A stretch of 64,000 nucleotides of DNA from Epithemia pelagica (Eukaryota; Protista; Bacillariophyta). The translations under genes and the position numbers were made by a program. Numbering within the stretch: position 1 is the stretch's first letter; each line of letters begins with the position of its first letter. Below the pieces are notes generated by a model. That model did not search any database. It saw only the letters and a program-made list of their open reading frames with translations, and was not told the DNA's origin. The stretch lies in contig OX337229.1 in assembly GCA_946965045.2 (NCBI GenBank), forward strand, positions 2,728,001-2,792,000, written 5' to 3'. This document shows, piece after piece, positions 41,225-53,691 of this stretch.

Positions 41225-44200
41225 CTATTCGTCGTCGTCTTCCGATTTGAGTTTGGATTGTTCATCATCCCAACGCGCCATGAGATGTTGCAGGAGCATG
41301 GTTCGCTGTGCAGTCGGCAATTGATGTCGAATCGCCATGCGTCGAACAAAGGCGCAGGATCGTTGCAGTCCGCAACCAAATTCAATCATGGAATGCGCCA
41401 AGGCTCCCAGTTGGGCAAAGACAACCGCATGCACCTGGGAGGCTGCACCCACCCGTTCTTCCAAACTCAAGTCATGCCACTTGATCTTGCGCGATTTACG
41501 ATACGCACCATCCCCTCCACGTTGGGCCCGCGCCGAACGTTCAAAGTTGGACATGATCACTCCCGATTGTGTCAACGATTCCGATATTTGTTGCTTGAGT
41601 GCAACGTCCCAAAACTCATCTTTGGACCAAATCTTGTGGTCCGTTAAACGACTCTTGATATACAATCGACGACTGCGACCTTTCCTCGATTCAAACTCAG
41701 AGGAGATTGACCCGACCGATGACGACGAGTGAGAGATGGCGAGACTAGAGGCATCGTCATTGGTGTCACTCGGAAGATAGAATGTCTGGGCCAGCATCAT
41801 GAGCATCTTGGCATTGGACATACCTCCCGCAACATCATCTTCATTCGCACAGCTTGTAAGCATGGCATCAAATACCTTGACCAGTCCATCAAATTGCGAC
41901 TGCGATTTGACTTCAGCATTGCCACTCCGTTTGCTATTCAGCGAGTAGCAAATGGTGGATCGACTCCTTCGTGCTGGTGCCGATGTTTCCTTGGCCACGG
42001 TACAAAGGAGATCTACCGCTTTATCCAGTGCGGCAGTGTCTGACGACGACGACGATTCAGCTGGATCCTCAAAGAGTTGATCCACAGCCTTTTGTATATG
42101 CGCTCTAGGAACCGTTTTCTCAATCATACTGTCAATTACATCGTCATCATCGGTATTGTCCGCATAGGTTTCCCCATGGTCGGCACTTTCGGCATGACTC
42201 GACAAAATGGCCAAGGCCGAGGCAATACCACCATCGTCATCATCCCCCAAATGTGACTGTCCTCCCCGATCCTTCTTATCGGCCGCAATGTAGGCATTCA
42301 AATCTGCCCGCACATCAATGTCGGAAATATGTGATTCCAAGTCATTCAAATGCCGCAGTCGCTCTTGCAAGGCCAGGCGCTCCAATTTGATCATTCCCTT
42401 CAAGGTTGTGGCTTGTACATTGGCAGCGGCCAGTAAGGCAGTCTCTGCCGCTATGCGGGCCGAACGACGCGTCGTGTCCAAATTGCCCAAAACTGTCAAC
42501 AATTGAAAGGCACATTCTTCAATGGCATCGTCGGCTGCCATTGCTGTGGCGCGCAATTCCGGCAAACGAACCTCCTCTTCCATGGCCTCTCGAGAGATGG
42601 TGGGAGTTTCGACGGCCGCAACAGGAGAGGGCGTTTTGGCGTTGCTAATGGTATTCTTGTTGTTGAGTTCCTCCATGGAAGACGCAGACATCAACGCGGT
42701 AGGTCCCGAACTACCATCATCCGAAGATCCCGATCGGGAGGTTGTCGCGGCGATATCAGGCAATGCCATGGGTTCAAAACTGGTACTGTCCATATTGTCC
42801 GACAAGGAGGCCACCATGTCCCATACTTGCTCATTGGATTTGGATCGTGCGTGTGTGGTTTCTCGCAACTGCACCAACCGGGCCTTTTCTCGTTGCCGAT
42901 TTCGCTCTTTCCACAAGGCCTCCATACGACGGGTAACCTTTTCTTCTGCCTTGTAGACATGATCCCATTTCTTGTCTCGTTCCTTTTTGAGCTTGTTCAT
43001 GCGATCTTCCAACAAGCGAGCTCGTTTGGACGATTCCTCCAAGGCTTGTTCGCGTGCCGTCATGCGTGTCTGGAATTCATCCATGGCCTTTCTTAGTTGA
43101 GGCAATATCGCCGATTCCTGCACAGTGGCTTGTCGCCATGTCGACGATTCGGCTTCGGCCGACTGCGAATAGTACTCTTCCAGCATTACCAAAGCCTTGT
43201 TCAAACTGGATTGGGGTGTACCAATCAAGGGACCACCACGGCGCATGGTGGGCACAAAATCCGATTTTGGATCAAAGACCAATTCCCAATCGGCATCCGA
43301 ATTATTGTTTGACGACGAGGCACTGGCACCAGGTGGATTGTAGCCGCCCAAAACAGGGACTCGGGAACGAAGAGTATCACAGGCTTGATGAGTCCGTACG
43401 GCGGTGTCCTTGCGTGACAAAATGACCGACTGACAAAAGTCTGTCCAGTGTTCCAATGAGGCTTGTGTTTGTCGCAGGGCAAAACTAGTGGCTGGCAAAG
43501 ACCAGCCCTTGGCCGAGAATCCATTCAAGGCAAAGTCGCCCTGGGGATCCAAATCGTGGCCCAAAAAGACTGCCGCCGCGTATTCTCCCTTGCTGTTCCA
43601 CAACAATTCGGAAAAGATTGAATCGCGTGAATCGGTCGAATCAAAGCTTTGAGTTGGTCGGTGATGATGCGACGGAGGTGACGCCATTTCGGGCAAATTC
43701 TCAACCACTGCCTCCTGATTGTTCGTGGAATCACCAGCGTCCTTCGGTGCATCTGTAGGCTCTGTTGCATCTTCCTCAGTCTCTGGATTGTCTGAGGCGG
43801 ATGCAACATTATTTTCTTTAGCGTCACCGTCCTTTTTCTCAGATTCGTTCTCAACAGTATCATCGTTTGTCGCCTCGTGTGCTGGTTGATTCTCGTCTTC
43901 TACAGCCAGCGTCACCGTTTTTTTCTTGTCATCGTTTTGCGCTGACTCGGATGGGGTTCGTGGTACGGGAGGCGATCGTGAGGCAAAGTAATTGGAAAAG
44001 GGCAACTTTTCTCGTGTGATATTGGGTGGCACCAACAACAAGGTACCATCGGGTGAAATCAACACCGAGGTGTGAACCAATCCAGTGTCCTTATCCAAAC
44101 GGGTCAAGGAGGAATTGGAATTCGCAACGGGTTCTTCCGTTTGGCTATCGCTTGTTGGAAGCGTGTCGTTCTTGTTCAAGACTTGAGAGCTGGGCACAGA

Positions 44201-44584
44201 GGCGGTGGTGGTCGCCAAGGCATCGGCAGCCGCCACACAAGAATCAAAATGGGCCAATTGAGGGACTTTTTGAATCCATGAAAACACTAAATCGTCTTCT
44301 TTGCTCGTGTCATTTCGACTGCTGCTACTCCCCAAACTATGCAAACGAATGGTCGTCAAACCCAAGGTTGTCGACGTTTTGGTTTCATTGTTGGACAAGG
44401 CCTTGTTGTTGTTGTTGTTGGAATCTCCACCCACCAGAGCCGAGGACGAAGTCAAACTGGTACCCGTACTAGTCTGTTCTGCGTTCGAAGAGGGATGGTT
44501 GTTGTTTGTCGTGGTCGTACTTCCGGTGGAGCTCGATCGTTGCGAGCCCAATCCAGACAATCTCCGTTTGATACTGCTCAACAT
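41225..44584 (-). CDS. Large coiled-coil protein with a C-terminal SBF2-like domain
   Basis: Long ORF with a helical central region. C-terminal KIWSKDEFWD…VFAQLGALAHSMIEFG resembles SBF1/SBF2-type domains. Confidence 0.6.
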   Translation of the reverse strand: MLSSIKRRLSGLGSQRSSSTGSTTTTNNNHPSSNAEQTSTGTSLTSSSALVGGDSNNNNNKALSNNETKTSTTLGLTTIRLHSLGSSSSRNDTSKEDDLVFSWIQKVPQLAHFDSCVAAADALATTTASVPSSQVLNKNDTLPTSDSQTEEPVANSNSSLTRLDKDTGLVHTSVLISPDGTLLLVPPNITREKLPFSNYFASRSPPVPRTPSESAQNDDKKKTVTLAVEDENQPAHEATNDDTVENESEKKDGDAKENNVASASDNPETEEDATEPTDAPKDAGDSTNNQEAVVENLPEMASPPSHHHRPTQSFDSTDSRDSIFSELLWNSKGEYAAAVFLGHDLDPQGDFALNGFSAKGWSLPATSFALRQTQASLEHWTDFCQSVILSRKDTAVRTHQACDTLRSRVPVLGGYNPPGASASSSNNNSDADWELVFDPKSDFVPTMRRGGPLIGTPQSSLNKALVMLEEYYSQSAEAESSTWRQATVQESAILPQLRKAMDEFQTRMTAREQALEESSKRARLLEDRMNKLKKERDKKWDHVYKAEEKVTRRMEALWKERNRQREKARLVQLRETTHARSKSNEQVWDMVASLSDNMDSTSFEPMALPDIAATTSRSGSSDDGSSGPTALMSASSMEELNNKNTISNAKTPSPVAAVETPTISREAMEEEVRLPELRATAMAADDAIEECAFQLLTVLGNLDTTRRSARIAAETALLAAANVQATTLKGMIKLERLALQERLRHLNDLESHISDIDVRADLNAYIAADKKDRGGQSHLGDDDDGGIASALAILSSHAESADHGETYADNTDDDDVIDSMIEKTVPRAHIQKAVDQLFEDPAESSSSSDTAALDKAVDLLCTVAKETSAPARRSRSTICYSLNSKRSGNAEVKSQSQFDGLVKVFDAMLTSCANEDDVAGGMSNAKMLMMLAQTFYLPSDTNDDASSLAISHSSSSVGSISSEFESRKGRSRRLYIKSRLTDHKIWSKDEFWDVALKQQISESLTQSGVIMSNFERSARAQRGGDGAYRKSRKIKWHDLSLEERVGAASQVHAVVFAQLGALAHSMIEFGCGLQRSCAFVRRMAIRHQLPTAQRTMLLQHLMARWDDEQSKLKSEDDDE

Positions 44585-46073
44585 GGTCGAATGCGTGTGA
44601 CTCGAGACGACTGCAGAGAATGAGCAAGGAGAACGGACGCAGAAACTAGAAGGAGTGCCCGCAAGAACCACTCCAACGGAGACGCAAGCCGCACCTCCTC
44701 AGAACAAAACCAACCCAGAAAATCAAGAAAAAAGGAACGCAAGAACTTGCTCCCCACCAAACGATTTCCAAGCCGATTCTTCAATTCACCGATTACCAAC
44801 AGTAAAAGATCGATTACCAGCAGTTTTTAAAGATCAAAAAGGCGATGTATGATATCCTCTTTCTCTCTTTCAGTAAAAGAGGTGTTGTATTCTGTTCCCT
44901 CCTTTTTGCAACAAAGAATTCGTTGATGATGAAGATGATCGCGATGGGACATGGGACACAAACAAAAGCCTGGAGAAAGTCCTCGGTAGATCGTGATTCT
45001 GCACGCCCTCCATCTCATATCTTTTTCGTCTTGGTCGACGGGCGCAGATGTTTAGAGTCACTCTGCCATGCCGTCGCGCAGACTGTGCTATTGTATAATA
45101 AGCTACTCCTTTTTATGGGGTCGGACAATTTTTCCCAGTAGTTCGCGCCGACCGGGATGACCCGCGCCGAACCAGAGAGTAGAGAGTGTTGTGTGTTCAC
45201 GGGTCACGGCACCATGTCCTTTTCACGGACGAAGTCTAACTACGATACCTTCATAAATCGAGTACGGATAGAGAATAGAGCATCAAAGTCTCCTCTCTCT
45301 CTAGGAGCCTCGAGCGTAGAGCTTTGTAATCATCTACCTAGAGCCAATCCTTCTGTTCCATCGAATCAGGTTTGGAACCAGAATAAATGTAGCAAAACCA
45401 CACTTCATAGCCATGAGACTCTGATTGAATTCCACAGATGGCCACGAAAGCCTCGATTCTCACATCAGGAAAGCTCGAGAGTGTTGTGGGTTGTGGGGGC
45501 CCGAACGAGGACCAAGAAACGGGCCTTGTCTTGACATGCCATACTACCCAAACACGAGAGACCGTCATGTCTATCCAGCCATCGACCCTCCCCAAAGACA
45601 AAGTCACTTCATTGGTGCGCAACAGGTCCAAGGCTTGAAGAACTGAGGTTCGCTGTTGCCTTTTGTAACTGGGAATCTCATCCATCACAAAAATGATCCA
45701 ACGGCAAATACATGGCAATGGCAACTTCAGAGGACATGGGACATGGGAATCTCGAATCTCGACCTCTTTGTTTGCGAAAGTCCCTCCCACACTACGAATT
45801 TGTGGGCGTGCACAGTGCACGGCGAACGCGGCAGGCCACAGCGCACGCGAACTCAATCGCGCCAGCCATATTTTTGAACTTCAAATAATTGGATGCTCGA
45901 CGTTGTTCGATTGGAAAGATCCAGAAACAACAACCCACGTCAGAAGATGGTTCACGAAAACCATCTTCAGATTCCTTCGGAAGCAGCATCCCTCGTCCCA
46001 ATGATGTCATAAATCGGTTCAAAGCTCCTATCATAGGACAAACAACCAGAGAAACAAACTTCTTCTGTTTTTA

Positions 46074-47039
46074 ATGTTATTGCAAGACTCTTTTCGCAAG
46101 TCACTTTATCGACTCTATCCATTTTTGTCTCAAGTGTCTCTCACCGCCGCCGCAATGTCAACTTCGTCCTCAGCAGCTTCCGCCCAGCCCGCAAGTGTTC
46201 AAGTGGTTCCCAACCAGAAACTCTATACATCTGAACCCGATCCAAGCTGGTTTGGAAATGGTCCTAATCCCGGAAATGACCCCAGTTGGACCAACCAGAA
46301 CTGGCTCAAATCCAGGTTCCATTTTTCCTTTGCCGAATACCACAACCCCAAGAACTCTAATTTTGGTGTCATGCGCGTCATGAACGATGATCTGGTTCAG
46401 CCACATAGAGGATTTGGAACGCATCCTCATGCCAACATGGAAATTATCACCTACATTGTTGAAGGAGCATTGACTCATGAAGACTCCATGGGCACCTCCG
46501 AATCGTTGGGACGGGGAAGCATTCAATTCATGACTGCTGGAACCGGCGTTCGTCACTCTGAATTTAATCATGGTGACAAACCCCTGCGATTCATTCAAAC
46601 ATGGATTGTTCCTACGCACAGTGGATTGCAACCTAATTATGGTTCTTTTGCAGCCCAGAACGAAAAGGAAAAGCAATGCATCAACGAGCTAAAACATTTG
46701 GTGGGAAATGTCAAGAATGCCAGTGAATCCAACAAGGCTCCTGTCAAAATCAATCAGGACGTGGACACGTATGGTGCAGAGATGCAAATGGGTCAAATGT
46801 TGAAACATGAGTTGCCAGCAGGTCGTCAAGGTTATTTGTTGTGCTTGGAAGGAAGTGTCAAAGTCAATGGGAAGGAACTTAATAGACACGACGCTTGTGA
46901 GATTCAAGGAAACGGAACCACGGCGACATCCATCGAAATTGAAGCGACACAAACAGAGCCAACCGAAAATGGAGAGCTTGCGCATGTCCTCATGTTCACC
47001 ATGAAACAAGTCCCTGGTTCAGGTCGTAGGGACTTGTGA
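46074..47039 (+). CDS. Pirin-family cupin (YhhW-like); alternative start at 46155
   Basis: SRFHFSFAEY, RVMNDD, GFGTHPHANMEIITY, HEDSMG, MTAGTGVRHSEFN, FIQTWI. Confidence 0.93.
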   Translation: MLLQDSFRKSLYRLYPFLSQVSLTAAAMSTSSSAASAQPASVQVVPNQKLYTSEPDPSWFGNGPNPGNDPSWTNQNWLKSRFHFSFAEYHNPKNSNFGVMRVMNDDLVQPHRGFGTHPHANMEIITYIVEGALTHEDSMGTSESLGRGSIQFMTAGTGVRHSEFNHGDKPLRFIQTWIVPTHSGLQPNYGSFAAQNEKEKQCINELKHLVGNVKNASESNKAPVKINQDVDTYGAEMQMGQMLKHELPAGRQGYLLCLEGSVKVNGKELNRHDACEIQGNGTTATSIEIEATQTEPTENGELAHVLMFTMKQVPGSGRRDL

Positions 47040-47212
47040 GAGATAACCTCGGTATGGAAAATACATGTTGCCGATCAAGTTTACCAAAGAAATACAGCAG
47101 AGAGTCATGCGGTTCAAAGATTTGCGAGTTTAAACTAGTTCGATTTTTCTTTTAAAAATGTGGTTGAAGAGCTATGCGGGAGACTAGGTCTTGTCTTTCT
47201 ATTAAGCTATTT

Positions 47213-48385
47213 TTACGGCATGTGTGTGGGAAACTGATCATTGGTAAAATCCGGCATGTCGGTCGATTGGCGCTGTATCATAGGTGTGTAAGCTGTTTGT
47301 GAAAAGAGACTAGGTCCATACCCAGTATGGAAAGGGGGCGGAGGCTCATAAATGTCTTCGTGAATGGTGTGTCCCATAGGTGCAAAGAACGGCGCAGGAG
47401 AAAAATGTACGTGGCTTGCTGCCGCCGTGTGGTAGGCGAAGGCTGGTTCATGTTCACCCGAATGTGCGGGACTAGTGCGGTATCTTACATCCATTCTCGG
47501 TTGTCGTGGGGGAGGAGGATGAGGATTGTATCCGAGAGGTTCATGACCAAATTCACTGTAGTGCCACTCTTCGTCTTCGTCTTCATCGTCATAGTCAAAG
47601 CCATATCCAAAATTGGGATGAGGAAATCCGCTACCAATATCTTCAAACATGTCATTGTGCCGTCGTGACCTGGAGCGTAGCATATCTTGAAACTGGCAAG
47701 ACTGACTATCCAAGCGAGAAATGGATGGGTCACGAACGAAATAATCCTGTTGACCAATGTATAAGAAATCAACACTGTTCTCGGGACTGGCAAGAGGAAG
47801 ACCATCTCTTCCTGGCTGAGGAAACACGTCGTTTGAAAAGATCGGGAACTCTTCTTCATATCCAACTTCTGGGCACTGTTCATCAAACATGAACCTCTTT
47901 CTTCGACGCGGCACATATCCAGCTACCCTTGAATCATGTGGGTCATCAGGGTACCGAAAGGGAATATCCTCAATGTTCAGTCCCCTTTCGCCGTACTTAT
48001 CATATCTCGACCTGGAAACCGGGTCACTCAACACCTGATAGGCATGAGAAATTTCACGAAATTTGTCCGAGTCCGTCGCACTATCGGGGTTGGCATCAGG
48101 ATGATACTGCTTCACAAGTTGTCGGTAAGCCGATTTGATTTCCTGTGGATCGGAAAAGTGCTCCACTCCAAGAATTTCATAAAAGTCGGTTCCTGATTCT
48201 GGAGGCACACACAACGAGAACAGTTTCCATGACGAACAAAGTGTCGGATCGCAGTCGGCGGACATTGATCGACTGGGACGGATTCTCTGCAGGCTTGGAG
48301 CGAATCCATTCGCCATGATCGCCAGTATCACCAGAAGCACCGCAATCGAACGATACGCGACATGACGGAGGAGAAGCGATAGCAT
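47213..48385 (-). CDS. DnaJ-domain protein with a bipartite plastid presequence
   Basis: DFYEILGV…IKSAYRQLVKQYHPD…AYQVLSDP…YDKYGE; signal peptide ending ANG-FAP. Confidence 0.88.
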   Translation of the reverse strand: MLSLLLRHVAYRSIAVLLVILAIMANGFAPSLQRIRPSRSMSADCDPTLCSSWKLFSLCVPPESGTDFYEILGVEHFSDPQEIKSAYRQLVKQYHPDANPDSATDSDKFREISHAYQVLSDPVSRSRYDKYGERGLNIEDIPFRYPDDPHDSRVAGYVPRRRKRFMFDEQCPEVGYEEEFPIFSNDVFPQPGRDGLPLASPENSVDFLYIGQQDYFVRDPSISRLDSQSCQFQDMLRSRSRRHNDMFEDIGSGFPHPNFGYGFDYDDEDEDEEWHYSEFGHEPLGYNPHPPPPRQPRMDVRYRTSPAHSGEHEPAFAYHTAAASHVHFSPAPFFAPMGHTIHEDIYEPPPPFHTGYGPSLFSQTAYTPMIQRQSTDMPDFTNDQFPTHMP

Positions 48386-48892
48386 GATGAAGGGTTTGTT
48401 CGGAGAACAGTTCGGAGAACAAGGTCAATGAAGCTATGTTCTTGTTTGGAAGGCAAGTTCTGGATGTTGTCTTCTTGAATGCGCATTTTGACCTTGTCTG
48501 TCATGTTCCGTTCCATCACACATCACTCTGTATCACGAAGCTTTGAATGACGACATTAGATTGATTTATAAAGAGATTCATGTCCATCCAGAAACAAAGA
48601 CACAACTTAAATGCAAAGGTTTAGCTAAGGAACTAAGGAATTCAACCGACATGCGTCATCTGCTTTCTGTGTCTTTGATGTGGACGTCTGTGTGTCGTCA
48701 GTATGGCATATCGAAGATCGAAGATCGAGACTCGAGACTCGAGACACATTTTGAATTTGTGCCCATCTACAATCCACGTCTTGTTTGAATCGTAACTCGT
48801 AAGCTACATGATCGAGATCCTCATTGACCACTCGATTAAGGTACAATTTCTTCTCCCTAGTTGTCAGATCGCAAAGATGCCATTTCGACAGA

Positions 48893-50411
48893 CTAGTAAT
48901 TAGCAGCGTGGCGATGATGTTGGATTGGAATGCGTTGTCGAATGGAGTTGAGGTAGTCTAGGTCGATCTCTGCTGTCACAATGCTTGGTGTCGAAGATGA
49001 TGAAGTTGGTTCATCCACACCACCGGCATCCGCAACAGTGGTGCCCCATGGATCAACGACCAAAGAATGTCCGTAACTTGTTCGTTTCGGATTGTGGGCG
49101 CCGCATTGCGCCGCGGCTATAACATAACATTGACTTTCCACAGCGCGGGCTGGAATCCCAACAGGAAAGCAAACAGTAGTGCGTGAGAACAAAAGATGGC
49201 CTTGGGCGATATTCTCGCAATTCAACAAGTTGCGCTATTGCATTCTTACCTCTCAAGAGCACATGCCAGTGGGCCTTGCCCGTTGGAACAGTGAAGGCAG
49301 AGGGAACAAGTATGAGTTGGGCACCCTTTTCAACAAGCTTGACATAGAGTTCAGGAAACCGTACATCATAGCATACAGACAGCCCTATCCGACCTGATGA
49401 TAAAAGAGCAATCCAACATGAGAATTATGCAGGAACTGTGATTACGCTTTCTTGTTCTTACTTACCGATGGGAGTGTCGCAAAGAACAAGGTCTTTGCCT
49501 AGCGCGGTGGATTTACTTTCTTGAAGCTGCACTTGGTTTGGTATCGATACATCAAACAAGTGGATTTTTCGATACGTGGCGCGGATCTCGCCCATGGAAT
49601 CAAAGATCAAGTGTGTATTGTAGACGCGACTCTCTGTTTCTTTGTTACTAGTCGGCGAAGCTTCGCAATGAATATGCACACCACCTGCCGAAATCCACAT
49701 TCCACTGGTTCTCGCTATTGTCCGCAGTCCATCCAACAGTGAAATGGGCGAGCTGCTCTGACTGTCGTCTCTCGAATCGGAAGTGGAGTCGACCAATCCG
49801 TTGGCAATAGCAGCATTGCGATTGACGGTTTCTTCCAATAATTCACTCAACCATGATGGGTTTTTCATACGCTCATCGTGATCCTTTCCATCCTCCAATA
49901 AAGGTGGCTCTGCATGAGCCACGGTTTCCGCCGCGCTGATGCCGATAAAACCACAGGCTTCAGGGAGAAAAAGCATTTGTGAACCTCGCTGTTTGGAGCG
50001 ACCGGCACACGCGGCAATGTCCAGTAGATTCTGGACTTTGTTCGAAGTGGAACAAAGTTGAGCCACAGAGACGATGTGCCTCTGCTCTTTCGTCGAGTCC
50101 GTAGATGCTGAGGTTGCCATTGCCCGACAAAACCCACTGCGGTTCGTGGTGATCAACGTTCCCGTTCCCCAACACACAACCAGGGAGATGCGGATTCGTG
50201 CTGTGGAAAGTGGTAAATTGTGTTGTAGAGCATGCAGCATTCGCGTCTGGTCGTTGAGGCCTATTTTCTCCAAGATTTGATACACTCCCGTTCCACCATG
50301 TTGATGGAGGGAGGAGCTCGAAGGTAACCATGTCATGGTCCATTTCCCCGTCGATATCAGCGACTGATAAAGGCGTCGGAGTCGCTGATATATCTCAGAG
50401 CCATACCACAA
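48893..50411 (-). CDS. Nit1-like carbon-nitrogen hydrolase (deaminated glutathione amidase-like); 3 exons, introns 49394-49465 and 49150-49249; start uncertain
   Basis: [15 protein letters not shown], exon 2 [16 protein letters not shown]…[13 protein letters not shown], exon 3 [15 protein letters not shown]…[16 protein letters not shown] junctions keep the frame. Confidence 0.92.
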
Positions 50412-51081
50412 CAGCTTGTATTGTACGCGTAGTCATATTTCGTATTGTAGTGTTGAATAGTTAAATCTTGGTCATGCAAGTTTAAATGTCTTATGACAAA
50501 ATCTTCTTGACCGCGCAAGACACAACCATCCGTTGGCCGAAGCAGGCATGATCGACAGGCGGCTTTTGTACTTTCTGCCTTACAGAGGAATGGATTTGAT
50601 AATTTCGAGCCGTATTCAGTCGCCAAAAACGGATGAGGGGCAGTTCTACTGAAAGGACACACCTGCGACAAATGGCAAGATCAATCAACGTTGGGGAAAT
50701 TGACGAACAGACTGGTTCAGTGCCGTCTCGAACAGAATTTTTTCATTGGGGGCTCCAGAGGAGTGATGGCTGTTAAGGTTGTGCTGAATTGGTGACTTCT
50801 TGGAAGACAAGAGAGACCCAGACACCGTCGTCAATTCAGAGAGTAGGAAACGAAAGGTAAGCCATTGATTTGTGAAACTCATGTGCACAGGAGGAAGGAA
50901 TACAGAAAGGCAGAGTGGAGATGAATGAAGGTCGGTGCGCCAAATCCATCGCCTGGTCGTGCGGTTGATGGAAGATCGGGATTTTATGCGAAGGCCGCTC
51001 ATCATACGACAGAGTCCATGACCCTCTCACATTAGCTTGCTATTTTCTCAAATAATATCATAACAGAACAAGACATAAGCC

Positions 51082-52392
51082 ATGGCATCGTCGTTGAAAC
51101 CCTCGGCACGGGTTGTTCCTTCGGTCTTCCACGAGTCCATCGTAGATCCTGTGGAAGATGACGAATGTGCAGAAGACGAGATGGATGATTTTATGTTAGC
51201 GTGTGAAGAATTGTTTGATAAAGAAGATGATAGTGACGGCTATTGGGGTTTTGTGTTGTCATTGATGTTTGCTTGTGTTGCGATTCACTTTTGGAGTCAA
51301 GTCTGCTTGTCCTACATGGCACGGTATCCTTCCTGGGCTGTAGTTTCTCTGGTATCACTCGTGTTTTTGTCCGGATGGTTGTATAGATTTTTGGAAGGCC
51401 AGGATGATGACGAAGACGATGAAGCAGAGGCATTGGAAGAACTTCGAACAGCCGGAGCTTCATGTTCGAGAAGATTATTGATTCGAGCAGCTACAATACA
51501 ATGTGCAAAATTCCGCCACCACGATGAGGACTTGCTTCCAAAACCCAGTTCCTCTACGTCGAGTATAAGCACAATTCTTGAGAGTGACGAGGAAGATAGC
51601 TCATGCCCATCCATGACGCATTCGGAAGAAAGTAATAATGGTTTTGGTGCAGCAGTGGCATCATCATCACGAGAAGTGTCTCTAACTCATTACCGCACGC
51701 TGTCTCGTTCCAGGTTAGCATGTCCACCCTTGTCTATGGTGACAACGGCACCCAATCTTTTAATAAAAGGTGACATTCGAAAGCAGGTCAGATTTGATAT
51801 ATCTATTGAATCAAAGGGATGTCAAGAACCAAAGCTGCAGCATGTGTACGACAAGGAAAATATTTGGTATTCAAGACAGGAACTTCGGGAAATGAGAAGG
51901 AGAGCTCTTTTAGTAGATACCCCTAATGCAGCAGCCTCTGTTTCACCTGCGTCGGATTGGTGGAGATCACTAAGATACTTTCACGCCTTATCAACCTCAA
52001 ATGACTCTGTCCCTATTCCTTTGCTAACTGGACCCGGTCGCCCTGAAACGCAAGACCTCGATGAGCAAAGAGCTTGCTATGAAGAGCAAAAGAAACTCTT
52101 GATCCAAATGCGAGCCCGACTTACCGTGACTTATTTGCAAGTGGAAGAAATTGTGGGACTAGAACGAATTCTGTTCCAACAGAACGACGATCTTTCGGAC
52201 GATGCTTCCATATCTACAACATCACCTATTTGCTTCGACGCATCCATGAAACGGCACTCCTTACTGGAGCTGATCCGTCGAGAAAAGGACGCTGAGAAAA
52301 TTGCTTTTGTGCAACAACATCTCAGCCGCCCCAGTTGTCTCTTCGCACGAGAGATGGCTCTGGCGCAAGCCTGTGCGCTGCAACTTCTGTAG
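51082..52392 (+). CDS. Hypothetical protein, two predicted TM segments
   Basis: 436-aa ATG ORF. KQVRFD…IWYSRQELREMR resembles a motif common in diatom proteins. Confidence 0.65.
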   Translation: MASSLKPSARVVPSVFHESIVDPVEDDECAEDEMDDFMLACEELFDKEDDSDGYWGFVLSLMFACVAIHFWSQVCLSYMARYPSWAVVSLVSLVFLSGWLYRFLEGQDDDEDDEAEALEELRTAGASCSRRLLIRAATIQCAKFRHHDEDLLPKPSSSTSSISTILESDEEDSSCPSMTHSEESNNGFGAAVASSSREVSLTHYRTLSRSRLACPPLSMVTTAPNLLIKGDIRKQVRFDISIESKGCQEPKLQHVYDKENIWYSRQELREMRRRALLVDTPNAAASVSPASDWWRSLRYFHALSTSNDSVPIPLLTGPGRPETQDLDEQRACYEEQKKLLIQMRARLTVTYLQVEEIVGLERILFQQNDDLSDDASISTTSPICFDASMKRHSLLELIRREKDAEKIAFVQQHLSRPSCLFAREMALAQACALQLL

Positions 52393-53021
52393 ATCTTGCA
52401 GATTGCAGATGATATTCACTTGGATCCTTTCTGGAAGTCATCGAACTTCATGGTTTCATTCCCAACGACGGTCGATTTACTTGGTGCCAGACATCTTGCA
52501 ACCCGATATCTTGAAATGTTGCACTCGTCGGAAAGAATCCATAAGTGGAAAGGAACCACCGCTCCTGGTGCCCAACGCTTCCGTTGGGTATTTGTACACA
52601 TGACAGGGAATGTACAGCATCTATATCTCGTAACGGTTGATTGTGTTTTCTTCGCATAGAGAGATATGAGGGGGTTTTATTGTTTAATTTTGTCACTTAC
52701 CACTCCAGCCATTCCTTTTGGAGTTCGTAGCTGGTTCGACACGGGGCCGATCGCGTTCATTAACCTCTATCTTTCTATTACTAGAGTGATCTCAAGTCAA
52801 TTGACTCAGGTTTATTTCGGAGAGATGAGAGGGGGGATACTCTGATCCGCTCTTCTCAAGCAGAGCCAGTTACTAATAGACTAGCTAGGGTAGCTATGCG
52901 TAACTTCTTTTCAACGCGGAAGTGCGTCAGATTCGCGTTCGGAAGCGCGATCTTTTGACTTTTAACACATTCTCTTTCTCTCGTTGCGACCAACACACAA
53001 GATACCAACTCGCCTTCAACG

Positions 53022-53624
53022 ATGAAGTCTCTATTTGTCACTTTTCAAACAATATTGGTGTTCTACGCCCCTGCCGCGGCTTTTTCCGTGGAAAACCGTC
53101 GATCTTTCTTGGGTGGGACAGCGGCTGCGTTTGGCGCAGCAGTTACCACTTGGCCGGCCGCGCCGCATGTCGCCACGGCGGAATACCGACTGGGCGACCC
53201 CAACAGTGTGGTTGGTAAAGAAATCCGATCCTTTAATGCACTCATCAAGGAATTTCAAAATACTGCGCTGGATGGCGGTCTCGATGCGTCCAAAATTGAG
53301 GGACCCAGTATGCCCTTTGTCGAGTTTGGTGAATTCATGAAAACTGGTCAAGTTGCCGAGGTCGAATTCATGGCCCCCAGTGGTGTCGAGGCCTACGTGA
53401 CGCTCAAAACAAAGAGTGGCAAGCCTCTCAAACCGGGAAGCAAACCCAAAGAGTTTGTGGGAAACTATCCAGCCGGTGTTCCTATTCGCATTGGTCAAGG
53501 CTACCCAACTGGGGGCAAAAACTCGTGGAGTAGCCCCGACTACGTCATTCGAAGTGTTTCAAACTTTGGTGTTCCCTACAAGTTCACTGTACCTGCACTC
53601 AAAGCATTATCGAAAAAGAAGTAG
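53022..53624 (+). CDS. Hypothetical plastid (possibly thylakoid-lumen) protein
   Basis: Signal peptide + AAA-F, twin-Arg NRRSFL, hydrophobic stretch ending AxA. MPFVEFGEFMKTGQVAEVEF resembles an FtsH lumenal domain. Confidence 0.7.
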   Translation: MKSLFVTFQTILVFYAPAAAFSVENRRSFLGGTAAAFGAAVTTWPAAPHVATAEYRLGDPNSVVGKEIRSFNALIKEFQNTALDGGLDASKIEGPSMPFVEFGEFMKTGQVAEVEFMAPSGVEAYVTLKTKSGKPLKPGSKPKEFVGNYPAGVPIRIGQGYPTGGKNSWSSPDYVIRSVSNFGVPYKFTVPALKALSKKK

Positions 53625-53629
53625 AGTGG

Positions 53630-53667
53630 GAAATGAAATGCTAGGAGCCCAACCTTGCTACCGCACC
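53630..53667 (-). repeat. Split direct repeat B2
   Basis: Identical to 53925-53962. Confidence 0.9.
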
Positions 53668-53691
53668 ATGGCCTGGGCGGGTAGAGGCGGG

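Noticed and set aside
44827-46034. Short ORFs (e.g. 45338-45856) between the SBF2-like and pirin genes
   Set aside because: No recognisable domain and no convincing exon chain.
52795-52806. 12-bp palindrome AGTCAATTGACT in an intergenic region
   Set aside because: A single short palindrome is expected by chance; no matching TIR partner or TSD was found.
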